A stretch of DNA of 64,000 nt, taken from assembly GCA_036833315.1 (NCBI GenBank), contig DAITPY010000005.1, positions 1,576 to 65,575 on the forward strand, written 5' to 3'. The stretch's first letter is position 1; every line of letters begins with the position of its first letter. The translations under genes were made by a program, and so were the position numbers. Below, piece after piece: positions 35,257 to 45,316 of this stretch. The DNA is from Candidatus Dormiibacterota bacterium (GTDB taxonomy: Bacteria; Chloroflexota; Dormibacteria; Aeolococcales; Aeolococcaceae). The notes under the pieces are model-generated. The model had not been told where the DNA came from. It was given only the letters and a program-made list of their open reading frames with translations, and searched no databases.

Positions 35257-35840
35257 TCCCAGCCCCCCACCCTCGCGGCTCGAGCAGCGTCGATGATGGC
35301 CTGGATCTCCTGGGCGGCACGATGGGGATCGTCGTTCACGACCTGATGATCGTACGTGTCCTTCAGGGCGAGCTCGGCGACGGCCCGCTCGCGCCTGGCT
35401 CGCAGGCTGTCGGGGTCCTCGGTGGCGCGGTCGATGAGGCGTCGCTCGAGGGCCGCGGCGCTCGGTGGCAGCAGGAAGATGAACATCGCCGCCTCGCCGA
35501 GCCGTCCGCGGATCTTCTCGGCTCCCTGCACGTCGATCTTGATCACCGTGTCCTTTCCCGATGCGATGGCCTTGTTCACGCTCTCGAACGTCCTGCCCTT
35601 CAGCTCGCCGTAGACCGTCGACCACTCGAAGAACTCGTCGCGGTCGATCATCGCCCGGAACGTGGGCTCGTCGACGAACCAGTACGAGACCCCGTTGACC
35701 TCACCGGGCCGCGGCGGGCGCGTGGTGTAGGAGACGCAGTATTCGAGCGATGGATCGAGGGCGAACAGCTCGCGCAGCACCGTGTCCTTGCCGACGCCGC
35801 TCGGCCCTGTCAAGACGATGAGCATGCCCTGAGCTGTCAC
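35253..35840 (-). CDS. gmk: Guanylate kinase
   Basis: LIVLTGPSGVGKDT...YTTRPPRPGEVNGVSYWFV. Confidence 0.9.
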   Translation of the reverse strand: MTAQGMLIVLTGPSGVGKDTVLRELFALDPSLEYCVSYTTRPPRPGEVNGVSYWFVDEPTFRAMIDRDEFFEWSTVYGELKGRTFESVNKAIASGKDTVIKIDVQGAEKIRGRLGEAAMFIFLLPPSAAALERRLIDRATEDPDSLRARRERAVAELALKDTYDHQVVNDDPHRAAQEIQAIIDAARAARVGGWE

Positions 35841-36748
35841 TGTCGCGCGCTCCTGAGCCGGTCGGCGGCGGCGGTCAGCTCCGGAGGAATCGGCGACTCG
35901 AAGGAACGCTCAGTGCCGTCCGTCGGGTGGACGAGACGGAGGCGCATGGCGTGCAGGGCGGGCCGTCCGAGCGCCACGTCGGGACGCCCGTACACGGCGT
36001 CGCCGACGATCGGATGTCCGATCGATGCCAGGTGCACGCGAATCTGGTGTGTGCGCCCGGTCCGTAACGACAGCTCGAGCACCGTCGCGCCGCCGAGACG
36101 TTCCACCACCGCGAAGTCGGTGACCGCTTCGCGACCCCCCTCGACGATCGCCATGTGCCTGCGATCGCGTGGGTGACGCGCGATGGGTGCGTCGATGGTC
36201 CCGGTGTCCTCGCGAAAGCCGCCGTGCACCAGGGCCCAGTAGGTGCGGCCGAGGCTGCGATCGCTCAACTGGCGAGCGAGGCTGCGATGCGCCGCCTCGG
36301 TCTTGGCGACCACGAGCAGTCCACTGGTATCGCGATCGAGACGGTGCACGATGCCGGCGCGCTCGGCGCCGCCGAGCAGTGACCAGGTCGTGCCTCGCTG
36401 CTTGAGCCCGTCGGCGAGCGTGCCCGCGGGATGCCCGGGCGCGGGGTGCACGACCATGCCGGACGGCTTGTCGATCACTGCGAGCGCATCATCCTCATAG
36501 ACCACCGTGAGGTCGACCGCTTGCGCAGGGTGCGCGTCGCGTGTCTCATCCGCGCTGACAACTGCTCCCGCGGACACCAGCACCACGGCGGCGTCACGAA
36601 CGCGCTGACCGGGCCGCCCGGGACGGCCGTCCACGGTCACGAGCCCGGCGTCGATGAGCGTCCGAGCGGCGTGGCGGGTGATCCGCCTCGTGTCCGCGAG
36701 CCACACGTCGAGGCGCGGCGACTCCACCGCGGCGCTGCCCGCTGTCAT
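35837..36748 (-). CDS. rluD: Pseudouridine synthase, RluD/RluA family with S4 domain
   Basis: S4-like N-terminus (RLDVWLAD...AARTLIDAGLVTVDGR) and catalytic HRLDRDTSGLLVVAKT. Confidence 0.85.
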   Translation of the reverse strand: MTAGSAAVESPRLDVWLADTRRITRHAARTLIDAGLVTVDGRPGRPGQRVRDAAVVLVSAGAVVSADETRDAHPAQAVDLTVVYEDDALAVIDKPSGMVVHPAPGHPAGTLADGLKQRGTTWSLLGGAERAGIVHRLDRDTSGLLVVAKTEAAHRSLARQLSDRSLGRTYWALVHGGFREDTGTIDAPIARHPRDRRHMAIVEGGREAVTDFAVVERLGGATVLELSLRTGRTHQIRVHLASIGHPIVGDAVYGRPDVALGRPALHAMRLRLVHPTDGTERSFESPIPPELTAAADRLRSARQ

Positions 36749-37260
36749 GGCGATTTCGAAGCGACCGGTGACGCCTGCGCAGGGAGGAAGCTGAGCACGA
36801 GCAGCACGACGATGGCGATCACGATGCAGCTGTCAGCGACGTTGAACACCGGCCACCAGTGGAAGTCGATGAAATCGACGACGTATCCCTGCACGAGCCG
36901 GTCCACCCCGTTGGAGATGGCGCCTCCGAGAATCATCCCGATGAGCACCTGCCGGTACCAGGTGGTCCCGTACCTGTAGCCGAACAAGACGATGTACGCG
37001 CTCACGATCAGCGCCACGGCGAGGTACAGCCAGTGCAGTTGCGGGAGCACGCTGAAGGCGGCGCCGCTGTTCTCGACGTGGTCGATCGAGACGATGGCAT
37101 TGGGCCAGATCTGCTGACCGAGCGCGAGCCGCGATGCGACCAGCCATTTGGTGAGGTGGTCGAACGCGGCGACGACCGCAGCGGTGCCGACCATGACGGT
37201 ATAGATCCGCCGTCGCGTCACGCCGCCCGCGACCGCTACCGCTCGACTCCCAGCCAGCAT
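36745..37260 (-). CDS. lspA: Lipoprotein signal peptidase II
   Basis: AFDHLTKW...VENSGAAF...FNVADS motifs, 4 TM helices. Start chosen at MLAGSR; the ORF-track extension is rejected. Confidence 0.8.
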   Translation of the reverse strand: MLAGSRAVAVAGGVTRRRIYTVMVGTAAVVAAFDHLTKWLVASRLALGQQIWPNAIVSIDHVENSGAAFSVLPQLHWLYLAVALIVSAYIVLFGYRYGTTWYRQVLIGMILGGAISNGVDRLVQGYVVDFIDFHWWPVFNVADSCIVIAIVVLLVLSFLPAQASPVASKSP

Positions 37261-40133
37261 CTGGCGCCTCCGAGGTCGCCTTCCCACTCCGCGAGGGCGT
37301 CGCCGCGCTGGTCCAGCACTGCCACCGCGAGAGTCTCGGCCTGCAACCACTCGCGGTGGGCGTCGACCGCACGCCGTGCATCGCCGTCGGCGTCGACCAT
37401 CAGGGTGATTCGATCCTCGACGCGCAGTCCCGCCTGCTTGCGCAGCTCGTTCACCTTGCGACTCACCTCACGCGCCAGCCACTCGAGGCGGAGCTCGTCG
37501 GTGATCGTGGTGTCGAGCACCACGGCCGCATGGCTCCCGGCCGGGTCGGTGTAGCGAATGCTCTTGACGTTGAGCTCCTCGGCGAAGATGGCCTCGAGCT
37601 CTGGGCCGAGTGGCGCGCTGGCCACCGTCGCGGTCGCGAGCGGCTGGCGGACCCGGACGCCGGCGGCGGTCCGCGCGGCGAGCCCGTCCTCGACGAGCCT
37701 GCGCAGACGGCTCATCTCGACGAGCACGTCGGGGTCACGCCACACACCGGCGACTCGTGGGTAGTCGGTGAGATGCACCGAGTCCGGCATCCCTGCCGTG
37801 GACGCAGGATCGCCGTTGAAGCCCGCGAGGTTGCGGTACATGCGCTCCGCCATGAAGGGCATGAAAGGCGCCACCACCCCCGACAGCGTCAGCAACACGG
37901 TGTTCAAGGTCGCGAAGGCTGATTGCACATCGTCGCTCGTCCCCGCGCTCTTCCAGAAGCGCCGCCGTGAACGGCGCACGTACCACTTGGAGAGGTCCTC
38001 GACGAACGCCTCGACGCTGTGGCAGGCATCGGAGGCGTCGTAGCGCTCCATCGCCTCGCGAACCGCGTCGACGGTCTCAGCCAGCCGAGAGAGGCACCAG
38101 CGGTCGAGCACGGGGCGTTCGATGACAGCCGGAGCCGCCGCCGCGGGGTCGTACCCCTCGGTGAGGGCGTAGGTGACGAAGAACGAATACACGTTCCAGA
38201 AGGTCAGCATGAAGAGCCGCACGACGTCCTGGAAGGACGCGGGGCTCACCCGCAGCTCGGCGTTCTCCACGCCCTGCGCGTAGAAGTACCACCGCGCCGC
38301 GTCAGCACCGAACTGGTCGAAGACGCTGTTCGGTTCGATGGTGTTGCCCCGCGACTTCGACATCTTCTTGCCCTGCTTGTCCTGCAACGTGCCCACGACG
38401 ACGCAGTTCTTGTAGGCGGGCAGGTCGAAGAGCAGCGTCGACTCGGCGAGCAGCGAGAAGAACCAGCCACGGGTCTGATCCACTCCTTCGCAGATGAAGT
38501 CGGCGGGATGCGTGCGCTCGAACAGCTCCCGGTTCTCGAAGGGATAGTGCTGCTGCGCGAAGGGCATCGCGCCCGAGTCGTACCAGGCGTCGATGACGTC
38601 GGGAACCCGGCGCATCACCCCTTCGCACGCCGTGCACGGCAGCGTGACCTCGTCGATGTACGGCCGGTGGAGGTCGTCGTCGACCGTCAACCCGACCTCG
38701 GCCGCGCTCCCCGCGCAGAACTTCTGGTCGCACTGCTCACAAACCCAGATCGGCAGCGGGGTGCCCCAGTAGCGGCTCCGCGACAGGTTCCAGTCGACGA
38801 GGCTCTCCAGCCAGTTGCCCATGCGACCGTCGCGGATGTGCGCAGGCTGCCAGTGCACGCTGCGGTTGTGCGCGAGCAGACGGTCCTTCACCGCGGTGGT
38901 GCGGATGAACCACGACGTGAGCGCGTAGTACAGCAATGGCGTGTCACAGCGCCAGCAGAAGGGATACGTGTGCAGGATCCGCTCGGCGCGGTAGAGGTTG
39001 CCCTGCTCGCGGAGGTCCTCGATGATCTTCGGGTCCGCATCCTTGACGAACATCCCCCGGTACAGTGTCTGGCCGTCGAGGAACCGGCCGTCGAGGCCCA
39101 CCACATGACGGACGGCGACGCCCATCCGCTGGCAGAGCTCGAGGTCGGCGACGCCGTACGCGGCCGCGGTGTGGACGATCCCGGTGCCCTCGTCCATGCT
39201 CACCAGCTCGGGTGCGTCGAGCACGATGAAAGCGAGGCCGTCGGGGAGCATGTCGGTGAACAACGGCTCGTAGGTCGCGTCCACCAGGTCCGCGCCGTCC
39301 ATCTCCTCGATGATCTCGTACTCACCATCGAGCACCTCGAGGCGCTGCTTGGCGAGGATGTAGGACTCGTCGCCCTGTGCGACCCGGACGTAGCGTTTGC
39401 CCGAGTGCACCGCGAGCGCGACATTACCGGGGAGCGTCCATGGAGTCGTCGTCCATGCCAGCAGAAAGGTCTTGCCGTCGGAGTCGTTCAGGCGGAACTT
39501 CACATAGACGGAAGGATCGGGTGTGTCCTCGTGATATCCCTGGCTTAGCTCGTGCGAGGACAGGGTCGTCTGGCAGCGCGGGCAGTACGGCGTGACCTTG
39601 TACCCCTGGTAGAGCTGATCGTCCTCCCAGAGCTCCTTCAGGCTCCACCACACCGATTCGATATAGGTGCCGTCATAGGTGCGGTACGGGTGATCGAAAT
39701 CGAGCCAGAACCCCAGACGCTCGCTCATCTCCCGCCACTGGTCGATGTACTCGTTCACCGATGCCTTGCAGCGCGCGTTGAACTCGGCGATGCCGAAGGC
39801 CTCGATCTGTTTCTTCCCGCTGATCTTCAGGGCTCGCTCGATCTCCAGCTCGACCGGCAGCCCATGGGTGTCCCATCCCGCCTTGCGCGCCACCGAGAAA
39901 CCGGTCATCTGCTTGTAGCGGGCGAACACGTCCTTGTACGAGCGCGCGAGCACGTGATGGAGCCCAGGCAGACCATTGGCTGTCGGCGGCCCTTCGTAGA
40001 ACACGTATGGGGGCGCGTCCCGACGCATGCTCAGGCTGCGCTCGAAGACGCGGGTGCGCTTCCAGAGATCGAGGATCTCGAGCTCCGCCTCGGGAAAACC
40101 CGCGCGGGCGCTCACGGAAGAATACCTGGGCAT
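37236..40133 (-). CDS. ileS: Isoleucyl-tRNA synthetase
   Basis: 965 aa, HIGH-region (PPTANGLPGLHHV), KMSKSRGN and a class I editing-domain layout. Confidence 0.95.
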   Translation of the reverse strand: MPRYSSVSARAGFPEAELEILDLWKRTRVFERSLSMRRDAPPYVFYEGPPTANGLPGLHHVLARSYKDVFARYKQMTGFSVARKAGWDTHGLPVELEIERALKISGKKQIEAFGIAEFNARCKASVNEYIDQWREMSERLGFWLDFDHPYRTYDGTYIESVWWSLKELWEDDQLYQGYKVTPYCPRCQTTLSSHELSQGYHEDTPDPSVYVKFRLNDSDGKTFLLAWTTTPWTLPGNVALAVHSGKRYVRVAQGDESYILAKQRLEVLDGEYEIIEEMDGADLVDATYEPLFTDMLPDGLAFIVLDAPELVSMDEGTGIVHTAAAYGVADLELCQRMGVAVRHVVGLDGRFLDGQTLYRGMFVKDADPKIIEDLREQGNLYRAERILHTYPFCWRCDTPLLYYALTSWFIRTTAVKDRLLAHNRSVHWQPAHIRDGRMGNWLESLVDWNLSRSRYWGTPLPIWVCEQCDQKFCAGSAAEVGLTVDDDLHRPYIDEVTLPCTACEGVMRRVPDVIDAWYDSGAMPFAQQHYPFENRELFERTHPADFICEGVDQTRGWFFSLLAESTLLFDLPAYKNCVVVGTLQDKQGKKMSKSRGNTIEPNSVFDQFGADAARWYFYAQGVENAELRVSPASFQDVVRLFMLTFWNVYSFFVTYALTEGYDPAAAAPAVIERPVLDRWCLSRLAETVDAVREAMERYDASDACHSVEAFVEDLSKWYVRRSRRRFWKSAGTSDDVQSAFATLNTVLLTLSGVVAPFMPFMAERMYRNLAGFNGDPASTAGMPDSVHLTDYPRVAGVWRDPDVLVEMSRLRRLVEDGLAARTAAGVRVRQPLATATVASAPLGPELEAIFAEELNVKSIRYTDPAGSHAAVVLDTTITDELRLEWLAREVSRKVNELRKQAGLRVEDRITLMVDADGDARRAVDAHREWLQAETLAVAVLDQRGDALAEWEGDLGGARCWLGVER

Positions 40134-40183
40134 CAGCCAAGGATACCGGCAGATCGTCGCGGGCCGGGCATGGTCGCAGTCGC

Positions 40184-40885
40184 CTACGTGGGCCGGCTGC
40201 CGAAGATCGCCCGTCCGATCCGGACCATGGTCGCGCCTTCCTCGACTGCGACCTCGTAATCATCGCTCATGCCCATGCTCAGCTCCGGGAGCGCCCAACC
40301 GCTCACGTGTTGCATGTGGTCGCGCAGGTGGCGGAGCCGCGTGAAGAACGGCCGCGCACCCTCCGGATCCTCGGCGTGCGGAGCGATGGTCATCAGTCCC
40401 ATGAGGTGAATCGCCGGCACGTTGACGAGTTGGTGGATGACGCTCTCGACATCGGCTTCGGGGACGCCGAAACGGGTCTGCAGCCCGGTCAGCTCGACCT
40501 CGAGGAGGACCACCATCGGATCGCGACTGGCGGGCCGGTTCGCGGAGAGCGTGTCCGCAACACGCCGGCTGTCAACCGAGTGCACGACGTCGAACAGCCT
40601 CGCGGCGCGCGCGGCCTTGTTGGTCTGGAGGTGACCGACCAGATGCCAGCGCGCGATGTTGGTGACCTGGCGCTGTTTGTCGGCGGCCTCCTGCACACGG
40701 TTCTCACCGATGTTCTCGACGCCGGCCGCGATGGCTGCGTCGACGCCGGCCGCCGGCGTGCCCTTGCTGATGGCGATCAGCGACACCTCAGCAGGATCAC
40801 GTCCGGCGCGTTGCGCGGCGGCGGCGATCCGGGCGCGTACCTGTTTGATCCTAGCCGCTATGGGCGTTGTCGCCACGTCGCCCAT
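40184..40885 (-). CDS. yggS: YggS-family PLP-binding (PLP homeostasis) protein
   Basis: LIAISKG...GENRVQEA..K......WHLVGHLQTNKA. Internal start MGDVATT; the extended N-terminus is rejected. Confidence 0.85.
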   Translation of the reverse strand: MGDVATTPIAARIKQVRARIAAAAQRAGRDPAEVSLIAISKGTPAAGVDAAIAAGVENIGENRVQEAADKQRQVTNIARWHLVGHLQTNKAARAARLFDVVHSVDSRRVADTLSANRPASRDPMVVLLEVELTGLQTRFGVPEADVESVIHQLVNVPAIHLMGLMTIAPHAEDPEGARPFFTRLRHLRDHMQHVSGWALPELSMGMSDDYEVAVEEGATMVRIGRAIFGSRPT

Positions 40886-40886
40886 C

Positions 40887-41426
40887 TCACTTGCCCAGGT
40901 CGAGTGGGAGCTCACGGCCCTCGGTATCGCGGCGTTTGCGCTGCCGCCGCGCCGTGTCGGGCCGGGTCCCGGGAGGATGCGCCAGGACATCCTCGATGGT
41001 CGCGCGCATCTCCTGCGCATCCTTGAACGATCGGTACACCGAGGCAAAGCGGATATAGGCGATCTCGTCGAGGTCGCGAAGCCGGGTCATCACCATGGCG
41101 CCGACCTCACGGCTCTGCACCTCGGAGATGTTCTGACTGCGCAGCGCGTTCTCGATCTCTGCCACCATCAACTCGAGGGTCGCGGGGGCAAGCCTGGTCT
41201 TCTTCGCAGCCATGACCAGTCCCGACAGCAGTTTTGGACGGCTGAACTCCTCACGTCTGCCGTCCTTCTTGACAACGTAGAGCGGCGGCACCTCGACTCG
41301 CTCATACGTCGTAAAGCGCTTGCCACAGCTGAGGCACTCGCGCCGGCGCCGGATCGCTTCGCCCGTCTCCGAGTCCCGCGAATCGACCACCTTGATCTCT
41401 GTCTCGCCGCAGAACGGGCACTTCAC
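40887..41426 (-). CDS. nrdR: Transcriptional repressor NrdR
   Basis: MKCPFCGETEIKVVDSR...CLSCGKRFTTYE zinc ribbon plus ATP-cone (VVKKDGRREEF...). Confidence 0.9.
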   Translation of the reverse strand: MKCPFCGETEIKVVDSRDSETGEAIRRRRECLSCGKRFTTYERVEVPPLYVVKKDGRREEFSRPKLLSGLVMAAKKTRLAPATLELMVAEIENALRSQNISEVQSREVGAMVMTRLRDLDEIAYIRFASVYRSFKDAQEMRATIEDVLAHPPGTRPDTARRQRKRRDTEGRELPLDLGK

Positions 41427-41496
41427 CGTGCAATCCCCACAAGGTCAGGGAAGATGCCGCTCACGGTGCTGAGCGGCATCGACCCCGACGGCGATC

Positions 41497-42603
41497 CTAG
41501 CGACGGTCCCTCAGAAAGGCCGGGATGTCCAGGTCATCAACGTTGTAGGGCCCGGTCGGACGGCCACCCACGGTGAACGCAGGCTGGCGCTGTTCCGAAG
41601 CCACCGGCCGCGCCGAGGGCTCGTAGCTCAGGGTGCCGATGACGTCGATCTGGCCGGTGAAACCGGTGGCGATCACGGTGATCTTCACCTCGCCCTTCAT
41701 GTGCTCGTCGATGACGGTCCCGAAGATGATCTGCGCATCCGGGTCGGCCGACTCACTGACCAGTTGCGCCGCCTCGTTGACCTCGTAGAGCGTGAGGTCC
41801 GGACCTCCGGTGACGTTGAGCAGGATGCCCTTGGCGCCGGCGATGGTGGTCTCGAGCAGCGGGCTCGCCACCGCGTCCTTGGCAGCGTCCGCTGCGCGAG
41901 TATCGCCGCTGCCAAACCCGATGCCCATCAACGCCTGTCCCTGTCCCTGCATGATCGTCTTGACATCGGCGAAGTCGAGGTTGATGAGGCCGGGGAAGAC
42001 GATCAGATCGCTGATCCCCTGGACGCCCTGGCGCAACACATCGTCGGCGACCTTGAAGGCGTCACCGATGGGCGTCTTCTTGTCGACCACCTGCATGAGC
42101 CGTTCGTTGGGGATGGTGATCAGGGTGTCGACGCGGCCCTGCAGGTTCGCGATCCCCTCCTCAGCCGACTTCTGACGGCGCAGGCCTTCGAATCGGAAGG
42201 GCTTGGTGACCACGCCGATGGTCAGCGCACCGGTCTCCTTGGCGATCTCCGCGATGATCGGCGCGGCGCCCGTGCCGGTGCCACCGCCCATGCCCGCGGT
42301 GATGAACACCATGTCGCTGTCGGCGAGCGCCTTGGTGAGCTCGTCGCGCGACTCCTCCGCCGCCTCCATGCCCTTCTGGGGATCACCGCCGGCGCCGAGG
42401 CCACGCGTGAGCTTCCCGCCGATGCGAATCTTGATGTGCGCCGACGACGAGCTGAGGGCCTGGTGATCGGTGTTGATCGCGATGAACTCGACGCCCTTGA
42501 GGTTGCTCCGGATCATGCGGTTCACGGCATTGCTGCCGCCGCCGCCGACCCCCACGACGCGGATGCGGGCGTTGCCTTCGAGTGTCCGGTCGAGGTCTGC
42601 CAT
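41497..42603 (-). CDS. ftsZ: Cell division GTPase FtsZ
   Basis: [27 protein letters not shown] (tubulin signature), NLDFADV. Start at MADLD with GGAGA RBS; the upstream extension is rejected. Confidence 0.9.
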   Translation of the reverse strand: MADLDRTLEGNARIRVVGVGGGGSNAVNRMIRSNLKGVEFIAINTDHQALSSSSAHIKIRIGGKLTRGLGAGGDPQKGMEAAEESRDELTKALADSDMVFITAGMGGGTGTGAAPIIAEIAKETGALTIGVVTKPFRFEGLRRQKSAEEGIANLQGRVDTLITIPNERLMQVVDKKTPIGDAFKVADDVLRQGVQGISDLIVFPGLINLDFADVKTIMQGQGQALMGIGFGSGDTRAADAAKDAVASPLLETTIAGAKGILLNVTGGPDLTLYEVNEAAQLVSESADPDAQIIFGTVIDEHMKGEVKITVIATGFTGQIDVIGTLSYEPSARPVASEQRQPAFTVGGRPTGPYNVDDLDIPAFLRDRR

Positions 42604-42715
42604 GACTATCTCCTCGCGTTGCGGGTTCATTTCTCGAGATGGGGGTGAATGTGATGGTGATTTGCGACGGGCGAGGGCATCACCCGGCTGGTCGAGCCCA
42701 TGGGTGCGCAGATGA

Positions 42716-43954
42716 TCAAAAGAGCTCACGAAACCACCTCGAGAACTTGGCCCCGGCGGCCGCGGCGCCGTCCGAGCTCTTGCCGTTGGAGCGTGACGGT
42801 CGGCGGCCGAGGTTGCTCCGGGCTCCCCAGCGCAGCAGGCCGACCACCGTGGCGTGGCTCGGTCCACTGATCTCGTCGTTCATGCCGTGCAATCCCTGCG
42901 GGGCGGCGACCCGCGCCGGCAGGTTGGTCTGCTGCTGCACCACCTCGGCAAAGCCGCGCAGCAAGGCTCCGCCACCGGTGATGACGATGCCGCCCGGGAA
43001 CATGCCGAGCGGTCCGGCACGCTCGACCTCTATGGCGATCAGCGAGGCCATCTCGCGCGCGCGTGGACCGATGATCTCTGCGAGGTAGCGCTGTGGAACG
43101 CCGACCGGTTCGTCGTATCCCATGGGCGTCAAGGTCACCTCGGCGTCGGCCGGGAGAGTCAGCTGCAGGCAGTGACCGAAGTTGCGCTTCACGGTCTCGG
43201 CTGTCTCGAGGTCGCAGCGCAGTCCCACCGCAAGATCCGCGGTCACGTGATTGCCGCCGACCGGGATGACGCTCGTGTGCACGATGCTGCCGCGCGCGAA
43301 CACCGCGATATCGCTGGTCCCACCACCGACATCGACGACCACCACACCACGCTCGATCTCGTCCTCGGTGACCACCGCCTCGGCGGATGCGAGCACCTGC
43401 AACACCATGTCGTCGACGTTGAGACCAGCCTTGTGCACCACCTTGACGACGTTCTGGATTGCGGTGTTCGCGCCGGTGATGATGTGAGCATCGACCTCGA
43501 GGCGATTGCCGGCCATGCCGATGGCGTCGCGCACTCCCTCCTGGCCGTCGATGGTGAACTGCTGCGGGAGCACGTGCACGATGCGTCGCTCCGAGGGAAC
43601 GCTCACCGCGCGCGCCGCGTCGATGGCGCGGTGCACGTCCTGGTCGCGGACCTCACGGTGTCCGGCGGCGACCGCGACCACGCCGCGGCTGTTCTGGGAG
43701 GTGATGTGCCCACCGGCGATGCCGACCACCGCCGAGTCGATCGGCACCCCTGACATCTGCTCGGCCATGTCGACAGCCTCGGCGACTGCCTCGGCCGCGC
43801 GGTCGATCTCGACCACGGCGCCCTTGCGGACCCCTTTGGAAGCGACCACACCGACACCCAGGACTCGGAGACCGGTGCTCTCCAAGTCGGCTGCGGCGCA
43901 GCAAACCTTGGTCGTTCCGATATCGAGTGCGAAGACGCGGCGAGGACGGGTCAC
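42716..43954 (-). CDS. ftsA: Cell division protein FtsA
   Basis: Actin-fold motifs: [24 protein letters not shown]. Confidence 0.9.
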   Translation of the reverse strand: MTRPRRVFALDIGTTKVCCAAADLESTGLRVLGVGVVASKGVRKGAVVEIDRAAEAVAEAVDMAEQMSGVPIDSAVVGIAGGHITSQNSRGVVAVAAGHREVRDQDVHRAIDAARAVSVPSERRIVHVLPQQFTIDGQEGVRDAIGMAGNRLEVDAHIITGANTAIQNVVKVVHKAGLNVDDMVLQVLASAEAVVTEDEIERGVVVVDVGGGTSDIAVFARGSIVHTSVIPVGGNHVTADLAVGLRCDLETAETVKRNFGHCLQLTLPADAEVTLTPMGYDEPVGVPQRYLAEIIGPRAREMASLIAIEVERAGPLGMFPGGIVITGGGALLRGFAEVVQQQTNLPARVAAPQGLHGMNDEISGPSHATVVGLLRWGARSNLGRRPSRSNGKSSDGAAAAGAKFSRWFRELF

Positions 43955-44246
43955 TGTATCGGTCTCCGAGTGTAGCCGTCGCGGGTGCGCCTATCAAGGT
44001 TTTTGGGCGCAAAACCGCAAGATGCTGGGTTCGCGGGCCCAGTATGCCACAACATGTTGGTTGTCGATGAGTGGGAGCGGGGTGGTTCCGGTCCCCTGCA
44101 GCCGCTCTCGGGCGCGGCCCGGAGCGGCACTCCCCCAGGAACGAGAACAGGGCCCCGCCACTGCACCTGGAAGACGAGACCCTGTACGCCGCGGTCTCGG
44201 GCGACCGGCGAGGCTGCGCAACCGTAGCACCGCCCGGTTTCGCCGT

Positions 44247-45302
44247 CTACGCCCCGCTTGCAACCTCCAGAACGATCTTGCCGCGCAGGTCGCCGCGCGC
44301 CATCTCGGCGAACGCCGTCGCGGCATCCTCGAGGTGGTGCGTCGATCCGATGAGCGGGCGAAGCGCGCCGGTGGCGCAGAGATCCACGAGCATGCGCAAC
44401 TCGCCACGCGTCCCCATCGTCGTCCCGGCGACGGTGATGCTCCGGAAGAAGATCCGATTCAGCTGCGCCGGCGGGTTCGGCCCCCCGGTGGACCCGGGGA
44501 CGACCACGATGCCACCGGGTTTGACAGCCTTGAGGCTGAGCTCCCAGGTCGGCTCGCCGACGGTGTCGATGACCGCGTCGACACCGATCCCGCCGGTTGC
44601 GCCGACGACCGCGCGCGCGGTCTCGCGCTCCAGCGGAAACGCGGCCTCGGCGCCGAGGTCGACCGCCAGGGCCCGTTTCGCCTCATCGCGCGAGGTCGCG
44701 AAGACGGTGATCCCGGCGAGCCGGCAGAGCAGGATGCAGGCCGTCGAGACACCGCCGCTGGCTCCCTGTACGAGCACGTTCATGCCCGGCCGCAGGGCCG
44801 CGCGGATGAAGAGGGCGCGGTAGGCGGTCAGGTATGCGGTCGGCAGGCACGCGGCGTCGGCGAAGCTCACCTGGTCGGGAAGCGGGATCAGGTTCGCTGC
44901 CGGGATCTCGACGTATTCGGCCAGCGCACCGCCGAGTGGCGGCTCGCTCAGCATCCGCAGCGAGCGGCACGCCAGCGGCTCGTCGCTGAGGCATGCCGCG
45001 CAGGTCGCGCAGGTGGTGATCGGGTAGACGACGACCCTGCTGCCCTCAGCAGGCGCCCCGGGCGGGGGATCGCCTCCGTACCCGGCAACCTCGCCGGCGG
45101 CGTCGCAGCCGAGGATCTGGGGCGGAGTCACCGTCGTCGACGACACCCCGCGCAGCGTCCAGATGTCGTGATGGTTCAGCGACGCCGCGCGTACTTTGAC
45201 CAGCGCCCAGCCCGGACGTGGAGAGGGCGCGGGCAGGTCGCCGACAGCGAGATTCGCGAGCGGATCATCGCCGCCGATGGCGGCCGCATATGCCGCGAGC
45301 AC
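44247..45302 (-). CDS. Zinc-type alcohol dehydrogenase / quinone oxidoreductase (MDR superfamily)
   Basis: ALVKVRAASLNHHD, NAD-binding LVQGASGGVSTACILL, C-terminal KIVLEV. Start inferred at GTG 45302; the ORF-track start at 45392 would overlap metF. Confidence 0.7.
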   Translation of the reverse strand: MLAAYAAAIGGDDPLANLAVGDLPAPSPRPGWALVKVRAASLNHHDIWTLRGVSSTTVTPPQILGCDAAGEVAGYGGDPPPGAPAEGSRVVVYPITTCATCAACLSDEPLACRSLRMLSEPPLGGALAEYVEIPAANLIPLPDQVSFADAACLPTAYLTAYRALFIRAALRPGMNVLVQGASGGVSTACILLCRLAGITVFATSRDEAKRALAVDLGAEAAFPLERETARAVVGATGGIGVDAVIDTVGEPTWELSLKAVKPGGIVVVPGSTGGPNPPAQLNRIFFRSITVAGTTMGTRGELRMLVDLCATGALRPLIGSTHHLEDAATAFAEMARGDLRGKIVLEVASGA

Positions 45303-45316
45303 CGCTTGACCGTAGC

